NCBI RefSeq assembly: GCF_030651995.1
Contig: NZ_JAUSBN010000087.1
Location: 1,825 to 65,824 of the forward strand
Origin: Reyranella sp.
GTDB taxonomy: Bacteria > Pseudomonadota > Alphaproteobacteria > Reyranellales > Reyranellaceae
Reading direction: 5' to 3'
DNA length: 64,000 nucleotides
Shown: piece by piece, positions 1 to 9,750 of the stretch
Layout: each line of letters begins with the position of its first letter
Position numbering within the stretch: position 1 is the stretch's first letter
The notes under the pieces: generated by a model
Told to the model about the DNA's origin: nothing
The model's input: only the letters and a program-made list of their open reading frames with translations
Database searches by the model: none
Made by a program: the position numbers and the translations under genes

Positions 1-356
1 GCGTCGCCCATCGCGCCGAGCTGGAGGCCGAGCTGCGCGCCTTGCTGAAGGACCGCGATGCCAATGAGTTCTCGCAGGAGCTGATGCGGGGCGGCGTGCC
101 GTCAGCCGCCGTTCTGGAAGTCTCCGACGTGATGGAGGCGCCGCACACCAGGCATCGCGGCATGGTGTGGGAGAAGGATGGCTGGCGGAACGTCGGCAAT
201 CCCGTGAAACTCTCCCGCACCCCGCCCAAGGTGCGCACCAAGCCCAAGAAGTTCGGCACCGACACCCGAGCCGTGCTTCAGGAAGCCGGCTACTCGGCCG
301 CCGAGATCGACGCGCTCGTCGCCTCCGGCATCGCCCTGACCGAGATCAAGAAGTAG
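1..356 (+). CDS. CaiB/BaiF family (class III) CoA-transferase, C-terminal part, 5'-partial
   Basis: Frame is open from base 3 (VAHRAELEAEL...). GVPSAAV..V.DV...PH..HRGMV, GNPVKLS.TP and G.DTRAVL..AGYS..EID.L...G are typical CaiB C-terminal motifs. Confidence 0.85.
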   Translation, partial: VAHRAELEAELRALLKDRDANEFSQELMRGGVPSAAVLEVSDVMEAPHTRHRGMVWEKDGWRNVGNPVKLSRTPPKVRTKPKKFGTDTRAVLQEAGYSAAEIDALVASGIALTEIKK

Positions 357-367
357 GAGAAAGACCG

Positions 368-1222
368 ATGTTCCAACCCGACCTGCTGAAGGGCAAGCGC
401 ATCCTCGTGACCGGCGGCGGGACCGGCCTCGGCCGCTCGATGGCGCACCGCTATCTCGAGCTCGGCGCCAACGTGATCATCTGCGGCCGCCGCGAGGACG
501 TGCTGAATGAGACCGCCGCAGAACTCGGCAAGGAGACCGGCGGCGAGATCGAGACGGTGGGCTGCGACGTGCGCATCCCCGACGCCGTCGAGGCGATGAT
601 GGACAAGATCTGGGAGAAGCGCCCGCTCGACATCCTGGTCAACAACGCCGCCGGCCAGATCCTCGCCCAGACCCACAAGATGTCGTCACGGGCGATCGAC
701 GCCGTGCTGGGCATCGTGCTGCACGGCTCGGCCTACTGCACCGTCGCGGCCGGCCGCCGCTGGATCGATGCCGGCGAACGCAACAAGGTCGTGATGTCGA
801 TCCTCACGGTCTCGTCGCTGACCGGCGCGCCCTTCACCGTTCCCTCGGCGATGGCCAAGGCGGGCGTGCTGGCGATGACCAAGAGCCTGGCCGTCGAATG
901 GGGTCCCAAGGGCATCCGTACCTGCGCGATCGTGCCCGGCCCCTTCCCGACCGAGGGCGCCTGGAGCCGCCTGATGCCCAAGGAGCGCGGCGGCCAGGAC
1001 GAGATGATCAAGGCGATTCCGATGCGTCGTACCGGCGAACATATCGAGCTGGCCAACCTCGCCGCCTTCCTCGTGAGCGACGGCGCGGCCTACATCAACG
1101 GCGATGCCATCGTCATCGACGGCGGCAAGATGCTGCAGTCGGGCGGCGGCGGCGCCAACACCTCGGCGATGCTCGACTGGACCGACGAGCAGTGGGACGC
1201 GCTCCGGCCGAAGAAGAAGTAG
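368..1222 (+). CDS. SDR family oxidoreductase (2,4-dienoyl-CoA reductase-like)
   Basis: ATG 368 follows GGAGA. LVTGGGTGLG, DILVNNAAG and SAMAKAG (Tyr-less DECR-type active site), plus I.PGPFPTEGA. Confidence 0.85.
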   Translation: MFQPDLLKGKRILVTGGGTGLGRSMAHRYLELGANVIICGRREDVLNETAAELGKETGGEIETVGCDVRIPDAVEAMMDKIWEKRPLDILVNNAAGQILAQTHKMSSRAIDAVLGIVLHGSAYCTVAAGRRWIDAGERNKVVMSILTVSSLTGAPFTVPSAMAKAGVLAMTKSLAVEWGPKGIRTCAIVPGPFPTEGAWSRLMPKERGGQDEMIKAIPMRRTGEHIELANLAAFLVSDGAAYINGDAIVIDGGKMLQSGGGGANTSAMLDWTDEQWDALRPKKK

Positions 1223-2323
1223 TCAGGGCGCGGGGGCCGGAACGTCGGATGGCTCGACCTTCCGGCCCGCCGCGATCCAGGCGACCAGCAGGTCGTAGAA
1301 GACCGACAGCACCACCGGGCCGACGAACAGGCCGATGAGGCCGCCCGCCAACGTGCCGCAGATGACGCCCGCCACGATCACCGCCATGGGCGTCGGCAGG
1401 CCGCGCGCCATCAGGATGGGCCGCAGCACATTGTCGAGCAGCAGCAACGGCAGCGTATAGGCAGTGAACAGGCCGGCATGCAGGGCCGGCAGATACATCC
1501 ACGTCCAGATGATCACCGGGATCATGATGATGTTGGGCCCGACCTGCACGATCGCCAGCACGAGGCAGACGAAGGTGATGGCGCCGGCGAAGGGAATGCC
1601 CGCCACCAGCATGCCGATTGCCAGCAGCACCGACTGCAGGAGGGCGATGCCGATGACGCCCTGCGACACGTTGCGGATGGTCGAGCCCGCGATCTCCAGG
1701 AAATGCCGGCCGCGCGTCTCGGCCACCCGCGCCGCGAGGGCGCGCAGCGTTCCCGTCAACTCGTCGGAATAGGCCAGCAGGACTCCTGCCACGACGATGG
1801 CGCCGGCGAACTGCAGGACCCCGAGGAAGACGCCCGCCGCGATGCCGCCCATCCAGCGACCGACCGAGGCCAGCTGCCCGACATGGGCCGTCACGATGGC
1901 TCGCGCATCGTTGGAGGCAGTCAGCCAGAAGTCGTAGACCCGCGCACCGACCATCGGCCAGTCCTTCACCGATTCGGGCGGCGGCGGCACGACATGCTCG
2001 CCGCGCAGCAGCATCCGCGCATAGTCGTCGAGGCTTCCCACGGCGGACGCCGCGAGGAGGACGACAGGCGTCAGCAGCAGCACAAGCAGCAGGATCGAGA
2101 ACAGCGCGGCCGCGACCCCATCCCGCAGATGCAGGCGGCGCCGGGCGATGTCGAACAAGGGATAGACGGCGACCGACAGAATGATGGCCCACATCATGAG
2201 CGCCGCCACCGGCCGCAGCAGGAGAAGACTCACGTAGATGACGGTGGCGATCAGCCCGAGGCGGACTGCAACATCGATCGTGAATCGCGTGATATCGGCC
2301 CTGCCCTTTTCCGTCTCGATCAT
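1223..2323 (-). CDS. AI-2E family transporter
   Basis: Multi-TM protein with WAIILSVAVYPLF, TIRNVSQGVIG, LDNVLRPILM and GLIGLFVGPVVL. Start re-called at MIETEK. Confidence 0.9.
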   Translation of the reverse strand: MIETEKGRADITRFTIDVAVRLGLIATVIYVSLLLLRPVAALMMWAIILSVAVYPLFDIARRRLHLRDGVAAALFSILLLVLLLTPVVLLAASAVGSLDDYARMLLRGEHVVPPPPESVKDWPMVGARVYDFWLTASNDARAIVTAHVGQLASVGRWMGGIAAGVFLGVLQFAGAIVVAGVLLAYSDELTGTLRALAARVAETRGRHFLEIAGSTIRNVSQGVIGIALLQSVLLAIGMLVAGIPFAGAITFVCLVLAIVQVGPNIIMIPVIIWTWMYLPALHAGLFTAYTLPLLLLDNVLRPILMARGLPTPMAVIVAGVICGTLAGGLIGLFVGPVVLSVFYDLLVAWIAAGRKVEPSDVPAPAP

Positions 2324-2527
2324 CGCCGTCTCCGCCTCACCGTGGTGGTGGACGCTTATCGCATGGCGGCCGGCCCGTATACCGCAGGTACGCCGCGATG
2401 ACCGGCCGGGATCGCCCGCCCGGCAGGGCATGACGTTTCCCACATGCCGAGGCGAGATTGCCCCTGTCATCCGCCTGGCAGTGCGCTACGGTTGCATGAC
2501 AGCGAGTGCGCGGGGAGAGCAGCGGAC

Positions 2528-4123
2528 ATGGCCGAGTACGACTACATCATCGTTGGCGCGGGTTCGGCGGGCGGGGCTCTGGCGGCACGCCTCACGGAAG
2601 TGCCGACCAACAAGGTGCTCCTGCTGGAGGCCGGCGCGGCCAGCCATCCCTACTCCCGCATGCCGCTGTCCTTCGGCCTGCTGATCGACAACCCGGCCGC
2701 CAACTGGCTCTACCAGTCCGAGCCCGAACCGGGAACGGCCAACCGTGTCATCCCGGTGCCGCGCGGAAAAGTGCTGGGCGGTTCGAGTTCCATCAACGGG
2801 CTGGTCTGGGTGCGCGGCCAGCCCCTCGACTTCGACACTTGGGCGCAGATGGGCTGCCGCGGCTGGAGCTGGCGCGACGTGGCGCCGCTCTTCACCCGCA
2901 TGGAGAATTTCGTCGACGGCGACGGCTCGAACGGCCGCGGCACCGACGGGCCACTCAAGGTCTCGACCGTGCCCGACCAGAACCCGCTCTACGACGCGCT
3001 GTTCGAGGCGTCCAAGGCTGCCGGCTTCAAGACCAATCCCGACTACAACAGCGAAGACCAGGAAGGCGTCGTGAAGACGCAGACCTCGATCTACAAGGGC
3101 CGGCGCATGAGCGTGGCGCACTGCTATATCGAGCCGGCGATGAAGCGTCCGAACCTGCACGTCGTCACCAACGCCCATACGCTGCGCGTCCTGCTCGAAG
3201 GCAAGCGCTGCATCGGCGTTGAGTACGAGAAGGACGGAAAGACCGTACAGGCCAAGGCTAAGGAGACGATCCTGTCAGCCGGCGGCGTCGCCAGCCCGCA
3301 GATCCTCGAACTCTCCGGCATCGGCCAGCCGGAGCTGCTGAAGAAGCACGGCATCGAGGTGAAGCACGAGCTGCGCGCGGTCGGCGAGAACTTCCGCGAC
3401 CACATCAACGCCCGCATCATCTGGCGCCTGAAGGTCGCCCACGTCTCCTACAACCACATGGCGCGCGGCATCGGTGCGGTGACGCAGATGATGAAGTACC
3501 TCGCCACCGGCGGCGGCTTCATGAGCCTGCCCTCGGCGCCGCTGCTCGGCTTCCTGAAGACGCGGCCGGAGCTCGAGACGCCGGACGTGCAGATGCATCT
3601 CGTGCCCTACTCGATCAAGGACCCGAAGACCCGCAAGCTGCAGGACTTCCCGTCGATGACGATCGCCTGCTACCAGCTCCGGCCCGAGAGCCTTGGCTCG
3701 ATCCACATCCGCTCGGCCGATCCCAAGGCGCATCCGGCCATCCGCTTCAACTTCCTGGCCGACAGGATCGACCAGGATGCGATGACTGCCGGCTTCCGCA
3801 TGATGCGGCGCATCGTCGATGCCAAGCCGATGGATCCCTACCGCGACGAGGAATACTCGCCGGGCCCGTCGGTGCAGTCCGACGAGGAGATACTCACCTG
3901 GATCCGCAACAACTCTCAGACCGCCTATCATCCGATCGGCACCTGCCGCATGGGCCCCGAGGGTCCGAACACCGTGGTCGACGACAAGCTGCGCGTGCAC
4001 GGCATCGCAGGCCTACGCGTCGCCGACGCCTCGATCTTCCCCACCATGCCTTCGGGCAACACCAACGCGCCCTCGATCATGGTCGGCGAGAAAATGGCAG
4101 ATATTCTTAAGGGCGCTGCCTGA
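2528..4123 (+). CDS. GMC family oxidoreductase (choline dehydrogenase-like)
   Basis: YDYIIVGAGSAG FAD motif, RGKVLGGSSSING, YHPIGTCRMG, VADASIFP and GNTNAP. Confidence 0.95.
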   Translation: MAEYDYIIVGAGSAGGALAARLTEVPTNKVLLLEAGAASHPYSRMPLSFGLLIDNPAANWLYQSEPEPGTANRVIPVPRGKVLGGSSSINGLVWVRGQPLDFDTWAQMGCRGWSWRDVAPLFTRMENFVDGDGSNGRGTDGPLKVSTVPDQNPLYDALFEASKAAGFKTNPDYNSEDQEGVVKTQTSIYKGRRMSVAHCYIEPAMKRPNLHVVTNAHTLRVLLEGKRCIGVEYEKDGKTVQAKAKETILSAGGVASPQILELSGIGQPELLKKHGIEVKHELRAVGENFRDHINARIIWRLKVAHVSYNHMARGIGAVTQMMKYLATGGGFMSLPSAPLLGFLKTRPELETPDVQMHLVPYSIKDPKTRKLQDFPSMTIACYQLRPESLGSIHIRSADPKAHPAIRFNFLADRIDQDAMTAGFRMMRRIVDAKPMDPYRDEEYSPGPSVQSDEEILTWIRNNSQTAYHPIGTCRMGPEGPNTVVDDKLRVHGIAGLRVADASIFPTMPSGNTNAPSIMVGEKMADILKGAA

Positions 4124-4131
4124 GCAAGCTC

Positions 4132-4221
4132 TGTCGTCCTGAGCGCCAGCGAAGGACCTTGCGGAGCGACCAGCGGACTTCGTTGCGGGCGCGAGATCCT
4201 TCGCTGGCGCTCAGGATGACA
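4132..4221. repeat. REP/MITE-like palindromic element, family A copy 1 (28-bp arms, 34-bp spacer)
   Basis: TGTCGTCCTGAGCGCCAGCGAAGGACCT (4132-4159) is an inverted repeat of AGATCCTTCGCTGGCGCTCAGGATGACA (4194-4221), 2 mismatches. Lies between convergent genes. Confidence 0.9.
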
Positions 4222-4233
4222 AGAGCGGCGGGG

Positions 4234-4635
4234 CTAGACCACCACCGGCTTGCCGCTGATCAGGGCGGTGCCTGTCATGGCGGCGACCAGCTTGCCGTCA
4301 CCGCGCACGACGTCGATGCGATAATTCGAGGCCTTGCTGGAGCGCGAGATCTCGACCGCCGTGGCGGTCAGCACGTCGCCCAGGCGGACGGCGACGCTGT
4401 AGACGATGTGCGCGTCGATGCTGCCTGAGACGACGCCCTGCGAGTTGCAGGCATAGCCGAAGGCCGCATCGGCCAGGGTGAAGGTGAGGCCGCCATGGCC
4501 GACGCCGTTGAAGTTGAGATGACGCTCCTCGATCGTGACGCGCGTCACGGCGCGCCCGAGCGAGGCCTCGACGAACGCGATGCCGAGACCGCGGGTGAAC
4601 GCATCCCGACTCGCCAAGGCCAAGACGTCGATCAT
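4234..4635 (-). CDS. paaI: PaaI family hotdog-fold acyl-CoA thioesterase
   Basis: HLNFNGVGHGGLTFTLADAAFGYACNS signature. Confidence 0.85.
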   Translation of the reverse strand: MIDVLALASRDAFTRGLGIAFVEASLGRAVTRVTIEERHLNFNGVGHGGLTFTLADAAFGYACNSQGVVSGSIDAHIVYSVAVRLGDVLTATAVEISRSSKASNYRIDVVRGDGKLVAAMTGTALISGKPVVV

Positions 4636-6137
4636 TCCGCGGCCTGCCGCAGCGGCGGCGTCGCGGTCGCGATGGCGGCCAGCGTCGTCGAGAGCGATTG
4701 CCCCTCAGGATCGGCCAGCGCTGCCACGCGGGCATTCGCAACGGCGTCGGCCGCGGCGCGCGGTGTCATGCGGCCCGCCAGGGCCGGCGCGATCACCTCG
4801 TCGGCGATACGCCGATAGTTGCCGAGCCCGCGCTTGTGGGTGTCGCCATAGCCCTTGATGAGGCGGGCCGATTCCGTGATCTCGCGCGCGAGGTCGAGCC
4901 CCAGCGGCGCGGCGTCGCGGATCTGTCCGAGCCAGCGCTCGATCTCGGCCTGCTCCTCCACATAACGGGAGGTGCGCGGCCGCCACCAGCGCAGGCCGGC
5001 GACGAGCCGCAGCCGTGCAAACCCAAGGATCGTCGTCGTGCGCACGTGCATCGAGAAGTAGGTCTTGCCGAGGCGGCCGGTCCGCTGGCCCCAGGCGAGC
5101 AGGCGCCTGGCCAGCGGCGGCGGCAGGACCGCGGCGATCTCCTCGATCCCCGGCTTGAAATGCTCGGTGATCTCCAGCGGCTCCTGCTCCTTGGCGCGGA
5201 CTTCGGCCCGCACGCGCGCCATGCGATCGGCCGCGGTCTTGGCCAGGGCGACGCGGATCACGTCCTCGAACGACATGCGCACGGCGAGATGGCGCGCCAC
5301 CTCGCGCAGCAGTTCGGCCGAGCCCAACGCCTGGATCGTGTCGAGCCGGTCGAGGTAGAGCGCGGCGTAGCGGCGGTCCTGGTAGGCGGTCAGGCGGCGG
5401 ATGCCCTCCTCGACGACATCGAGGCTGGCCGCCGGGTAAGCCCGGCGGGCGCGCTCGATCAGGTCCTCGGCGCCCTGCACGGCCGTCTGCCGCTTGCGAT
5501 GCTCGCGCACCGCCTGGTCCAATTCGCCACGCGCATGGCCGCGACCGAAGGCAAAGGCTGCGAGGTTGGTGTCGACCGACTTGCCCGCGTGCCGGATCGC
5601 GGCCTCGAAGGCGCTGTCGGGAATGGGCACCCTGCCGGATCCTGCCAGCGCCCCCAGCAGCACCGCGTTGAGAACGCCGCCGGATTCCTCGGCCGCCTGG
5701 TCCATGTCGAACAGGATCTGCTCGCGGCTGCGCTCCTTCACGGCGCGCAGCAGCCGCCCGACGTCGAAGCTTCCGTCCCCCATTGCCATGCGCTCGCCGA
5801 TCGCCAGAACGCGATGCGTGGAGGCGATCAGGGTCGTGCGGTCGGGCGTCACGAAGCCGTTGAAGATCATGCGGCCGGCTTCCAGCAGCTCGGTCGCCAA
5901 GGCGACATCGACCTCGCCTATCGCGGGATTGAGGGCCAGTACCGACGAAGGCGCGGCGCCGACCGGCATCACCTCGACATAGTAGGTCGTGGCGCCGGTG
6001 CGCTGCGCAACGCCCGGGATCTGCGTCGCCTGAACGCCAAGCCCACGACTCTGCGCCGCCGACACGATCCAGTCGCAGAGCACGCCCCCGCCATCGCCGC
6101 CCAGCGCGCCGATCAGGAGGGTGATGTGCTTAGGCAC
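4632..6137 (-). CDS. iorB: Indolepyruvate ferredoxin oxidoreductase beta-subunit family (long form)
   Basis: IGALGGDGGG, QATQIPGVAQRTGATTYY and LIKGYGDTH.RG. Overlaps the iorA stop. Confidence 0.85.
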   Translation of the reverse strand: MPKHITLLIGALGGDGGGVLCDWIVSAAQSRGLGVQATQIPGVAQRTGATTYYVEVMPVGAAPSSVLALNPAIGEVDVALATELLEAGRMIFNGFVTPDRTTLIASTHRVLAIGERMAMGDGSFDVGRLLRAVKERSREQILFDMDQAAEESGGVLNAVLLGALAGSGRVPIPDSAFEAAIRHAGKSVDTNLAAFAFGRGHARGELDQAVREHRKRQTAVQGAEDLIERARRAYPAASLDVVEEGIRRLTAYQDRRYAALYLDRLDTIQALGSAELLREVARHLAVRMSFEDVIRVALAKTAADRMARVRAEVRAKEQEPLEITEHFKPGIEEIAAVLPPPLARRLLAWGQRTGRLGKTYFSMHVRTTTILGFARLRLVAGLRWWRPRTSRYVEEQAEIERWLGQIRDAAPLGLDLAREITESARLIKGYGDTHKRGLGNYRRIADEVIAPALAGRMTPRAAADAVANARVAALADPEGQSLSTTLAAIATATPPLRQAAE

Positions 6138-8286
6138 CGGCCATCGCTCCGATCACCTTCGACCGGACCTTCCACTTCAGCCGGTCCCACCAGGTCGCGT
6201 TCTGGACGATGTCCGCCCTGTAGAAGGACGGGCAGAGCACGGCGGCGTCCGCCACCTCGCCACACAGGCCGCAGCCGACGCAGCCATTGTTGACGCTGGC
6301 CACCGGATCGCTGCGGAGCGGATCGGGATTGGGCTTCACCACCAGCGAGGGACAGCCGGAAAGCCGGATGCAGGAATGGTCGCCGGTGCAGACTTCGTCG
6401 TCGACACCGTAGCGTGTCCGCACGACGCGCTCGCCGCGCTTCAGCTGGGCGGCGATCTGGGGACGGATGCGGCGCTGGCGGGCGAGCTGGCATTCGCCAT
6501 CGGCCACGATGACCTTGAGGCCCTTGTGCTCGGTGCTCATCGCTTCGCGCAGCGTCTTGAGCATGGTGCCGACATTGTAGGTGCGGATGGTGCGCAGCCA
6601 GCCGACGCCCATTGCCTTCAGGGTCGCGGCGATGTCCGAGGTCGTTTGGCCGTCGCGGCGATTGCCCGACGTGTTGGGAATGAACTGTGCCCCGGTCGCC
6701 GAGGTGTAGCCGTTCTGCATGATGACCAGCACGCGGTCGCCGCGATTGAACATCGACGAGGCGACGCCGCTCAGCAGCCCGTTGTGCCAGAAGCCGCCAT
6801 CGCCCATCACCGAGATCGTGCGCTTCTGCATCACCGGCGCGACCGCACCGGCAGCCGCGAGCGACATGCCGAACCCCAGGATGGAGTTGCCGAGATTGAA
6901 CGGCGCCAGGGTCGCGAAGGAATGGCAGCCGATGTCGCTCGAGATGTGGACCTTGCCGACTTCGCGTTCGAGCAGCTTGATGGCCGAGAAGACCGGCCGT
7001 TCGGGACAGCCGACGCAGAAGCCCGGCGGCCGCAGCGGCAGCGGCCCGCCCAGCAGGCGCTGCGCCTCCGCGCGGCCGGCACGGGCGGCCTCGAAGCGCT
7101 CGCGCGGGCCGCTCAGGTCGATGTCGTTGGCCGACTGGGCGAAGAACTTCAGCAGGCCCTCGGTCACCACTTCAGCGGTGTACTCGCCGGCCATCGGCAG
7201 CACGTCCTTGCCGTAGATCTTGGTGTCGATGTCGCGCTTGCGCAGCAGGACGTGAACGGCCTGCTCGATATAGTCGGGCGCCCCCTCCTCGACGACCAGC
7301 ACGGCGCGCTTGCCTCTGCAGAAGTCGGCGATCTGGTCCGGCGCCAGCGGATGCGTGACGTTGAGGACCAGGGTCGGAATCCTGCCCCCGACCTCCAGCC
7401 GGTCGAGGCCACGCACCAGCACGTTGGTGATGCCGCCCTGCACGATGATGCCGAGATCGGACCGCTCGCCCGGCAGGTGCTCGTTCAGCCCATGCTCGAC
7501 AATGAAACGCTCGGCGGCGGGCTGGCGGACTTCGACCTTGATCTTCTCATGCGCATAGGTCGACGGCGGATGCGAGATGCGGTCGTAATTGTGCGCGGCC
7601 GGCTCGGCCAGACGATGGTTGCGCGAGATGGCGGGCGGCACATTGTCCTTGGCCACGAACTCGCCGGTGACGTGGCAGGCGCGGATGCGCAACTCCATCA
7701 TCACCGGCGTGTTTGTCGCCTCCGAAAGCTCGAACGCCTTTTCCGTGCAGCGCACGATGGTCGGCAACGACGGCCGCGGGTCCATCAGCCAGACCGAGGA
7801 TTTCAGCGCATAGGCCTGGGTGCGTTCCTGGATGACCGACGCGCCCTCGCCGTAATCCTCGCCGACCACGATCAGCGCGCCGCCGATCACGCCCGGCGAG
7901 GCGAGATTGGAGAGCGCATCGGCTGCGACGTTGGTGCCGACGATCGACTTCCAGGTGACGCAGCCGCGCATCGGATAGTTGATCGAGGCGCCGAGCAGCG
8001 CCGCGGCGGACGATTCGTTGGTACAGGTCTCGAGATGAACCCCGAGTTCATCCAGCAGGTCCTGCGATTCGACCAGCACGTCGACCAGATGCGAGACCGG
8101 CGCACCCTGGTAGCCGCCGACATAGGCGACGCCGGATTGCAGGATCGCCTTGGTGACGGCCAGGATGCCCTCGCCCCGGAAGAGCTCCCCGTCACCCAGC
8201 CGCAGCGCGCGGACTTCCTCGGTGAAGGAGCGTTCCGGGTTGGTCCGCTGGGAAACGGGAAGTTGGGCCGCCGGCTGGTCGAGCAT
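6130..8286 (-). CDS. iorA: Indolepyruvate ferredoxin oxidoreductase alpha subunit
   Basis: GGYQGAPVS, FCVGCPERP, SDIGCH, the TPP motif MGDGGFWHNG, and a ferredoxin tail CTGDHSC..SGC..CVGCGLC. Start re-called at MLDQPAA. Confidence 0.9.
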   Translation of the reverse strand: MLDQPAAQLPVSQRTNPERSFTEEVRALRLGDGELFRGEGILAVTKAILQSGVAYVGGYQGAPVSHLVDVLVESQDLLDELGVHLETCTNESSAAALLGASINYPMRGCVTWKSIVGTNVAADALSNLASPGVIGGALIVVGEDYGEGASVIQERTQAYALKSSVWLMDPRPSLPTIVRCTEKAFELSEATNTPVMMELRIRACHVTGEFVAKDNVPPAISRNHRLAEPAAHNYDRISHPPSTYAHEKIKVEVRQPAAERFIVEHGLNEHLPGERSDLGIIVQGGITNVLVRGLDRLEVGGRIPTLVLNVTHPLAPDQIADFCRGKRAVLVVEEGAPDYIEQAVHVLLRKRDIDTKIYGKDVLPMAGEYTAEVVTEGLLKFFAQSANDIDLSGPRERFEAARAGRAEAQRLLGGPLPLRPPGFCVGCPERPVFSAIKLLEREVGKVHISSDIGCHSFATLAPFNLGNSILGFGMSLAAAGAVAPVMQKRTISVMGDGGFWHNGLLSGVASSMFNRGDRVLVIMQNGYTSATGAQFIPNTSGNRRDGQTTSDIAATLKAMGVGWLRTIRTYNVGTMLKTLREAMSTEHKGLKVIVADGECQLARQRRIRPQIAAQLKRGERVVRTRYGVDDEVCTGDHSCIRLSGCPSLVVKPNPDPLRSDPVASVNNGCVGCGLCGEVADAAVLCPSFYRADIVQNATWWDRLKWKVRSKVIGAMAGA

Positions 8287-8306
8287 GGCGCAAAGTATAG
8301 GGGTGG

Positions 8307-8906
8307 CTAACGCCGGACGCGACGATCCCGTTTGGAATCGCGAACACCCTCGCGCCGCGCCTTCGCCAGCAGGGCGCGAAACGGCACGAGGAGTCTCTCC
8401 CGCACTGCAGCATCGCCTTCGAGGACCTGCAGCGCCAGCGCCACCGCTTCCAGGGTCGAGACGGCATCGGGGCGTGCTTCGCGCCGCAGGTCGCCGTAGA
8501 GCGACGGCCCATCCGGCACCACGACGAAGCGGCGCAGCTTGGTCAGCCACGCATTGCGCCACCACAGCGCCTTGGCCTGCGCCCAGTTGCCATCGAGCGC
8601 GATCAGCCCCTTGAGGCCTGCGCGCGCCGTTTCCTGGTCGGCCAGCGGCTGGCCCTTGCCATCGATGGCGACCAGCGGCGCCGCCTGTCCCTTCGTCTGG
8701 GTCGAGCCGAGATAGAGGACACCCCAGTCGCGTGGCTCGGCCGGCGCGCCCAAGGCGTGGGTGAGATTGCGCCACGACAGGCCCACAACCACCTTGGCGT
8801 TGGCCAGCGAACCGGCCAGCAGGCCCGCCGTGCCCAGCACGCGGTCCTGCTCCTGCGGGTGCTGCAGGACGAGAATCGTGACCTTGTTGTCCACCGGCTG
8901 AGTCAT
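8307..8906 (-). CDS. DTW-domain protein (TapT-like tRNA acp3U transferase family)
   Basis: LVLQHPQE, LIALDGNW.QAK, Y..LRRE and STLEA. The family DXTW motif reads DGNW. Confidence 0.8.
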   Translation of the reverse strand: MTQPVDNKVTILVLQHPQEQDRVLGTAGLLAGSLANAKVVVGLSWRNLTHALGAPAEPRDWGVLYLGSTQTKGQAAPLVAIDGKGQPLADQETARAGLKGLIALDGNWAQAKALWWRNAWLTKLRRFVVVPDGPSLYGDLRREARPDAVSTLEAVALALQVLEGDAAVRERLLVPFRALLAKARREGVRDSKRDRRVRR

Positions 8907-8940
8907 GGCCGACGTATAGCCTCCCCGCTAGGGTTACGCG

Positions 8941-9732
8941 ATGTCCGTAGCCATCCTCGTGTTCGATAGCGTGACCAAGCTGCCGCCCGAAGCGGACGGT
9001 GCGGTCGTCATCGGCGGCAGCCACGCCGCCGTCTATGCCGCCTACATGTCGGCAAAGTTCGGCTGCCGCGCCGCGATCCACCATGATGCCGGCATCGGCA
9101 AGGACGAGGCCGGGGTCGGCGGCCTGGCCTATGCCGACAAGCTCGGCATGGCGATGGCGGCCGTGGCGACGGCAAGCGCCCGCATCGGCGATGGCGCCGA
9201 CCTGCAGGCCCGCGGCATCATCAGCCGGGCCAATCGGCTCGCCACGGCCTGCGGCGTGGTGGCGGGCATGCCGGCCCGCGAGGCAGCCGAACGGCTGAAG
9301 CAGGCGCCCTGGCCGCACGCGATGCCGCACGCCAAGGGCGAAAGCCGTCATGAGATCGACGGCGCCATCTGCGCCGATTCGGCCACGCTGCTTGTCCCCG
9401 AAGATCGCGGTCGCATCATCGCGACCGGCAGCCACGGCGCATTCAACTCCTACAAGGCGACGGCGCCGTTTCGGCCGCTGCTGCTGATGTTCAACGACGC
9501 GGGTTTCGGCGCCGATCGCGGCGGCGTGCTGGCCCTGCCCGAACTCGACAAGGAGGGCATCGCCGCCATCGCAGTCGCTGCGCAGTCGGCACGCATCGGA
9601 GATGGCCGATCGACTTTGCAGGACGGAACGATTTCCGAGGTCAACACCACCGCATACCGGCTTGGCGCGAGGGTGGGAGGCTCCGCGCTTGCACTCGCGC
9701 GCACGCTGGCCGAAAAGTCAGGACAAAGCTGA
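8941..9732 (+). CDS. Conserved hypothetical protein with two internally duplicated ~110-aa domains
   Basis: GC3-rich codons. Both halves share GSH, DAG.G.D..G, SARIGDG and G.IS..N..A...G...G. Confidence 0.85.
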   Translation: MSVAILVFDSVTKLPPEADGAVVIGGSHAAVYAAYMSAKFGCRAAIHHDAGIGKDEAGVGGLAYADKLGMAMAAVATASARIGDGADLQARGIISRANRLATACGVVAGMPAREAAERLKQAPWPHAMPHAKGESRHEIDGAICADSATLLVPEDRGRIIATGSHGAFNSYKATAPFRPLLLMFNDAGFGADRGGVLALPELDKEGIAAIAVAAQSARIGDGRSTLQDGTISEVNTTAYRLGARVGGSALALARTLAEKSGQS

Positions 9733-9750
9733 ACGGGAGATACCTGGGGC

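Noticed and set aside
6121-8310. 729-aa plus-strand ORF, and similar long antisense ORFs (14308-16260, 25201-27249, 37137-38885, 51115-52779)
   Set aside because: They are mirror frames of well-supported genes, Arg/Ala/Gly-rich and motif-free, as expected from strong codon bias.
6130-9435. 1101-aa ORF as a giant IorA fusion
   Set aside because: The upstream 383 codons overlap the DTW gene in another frame and run antisense to the 8941 gene. IorA homology starts near 8286. This is a stop-poor frame in GC-rich DNA.
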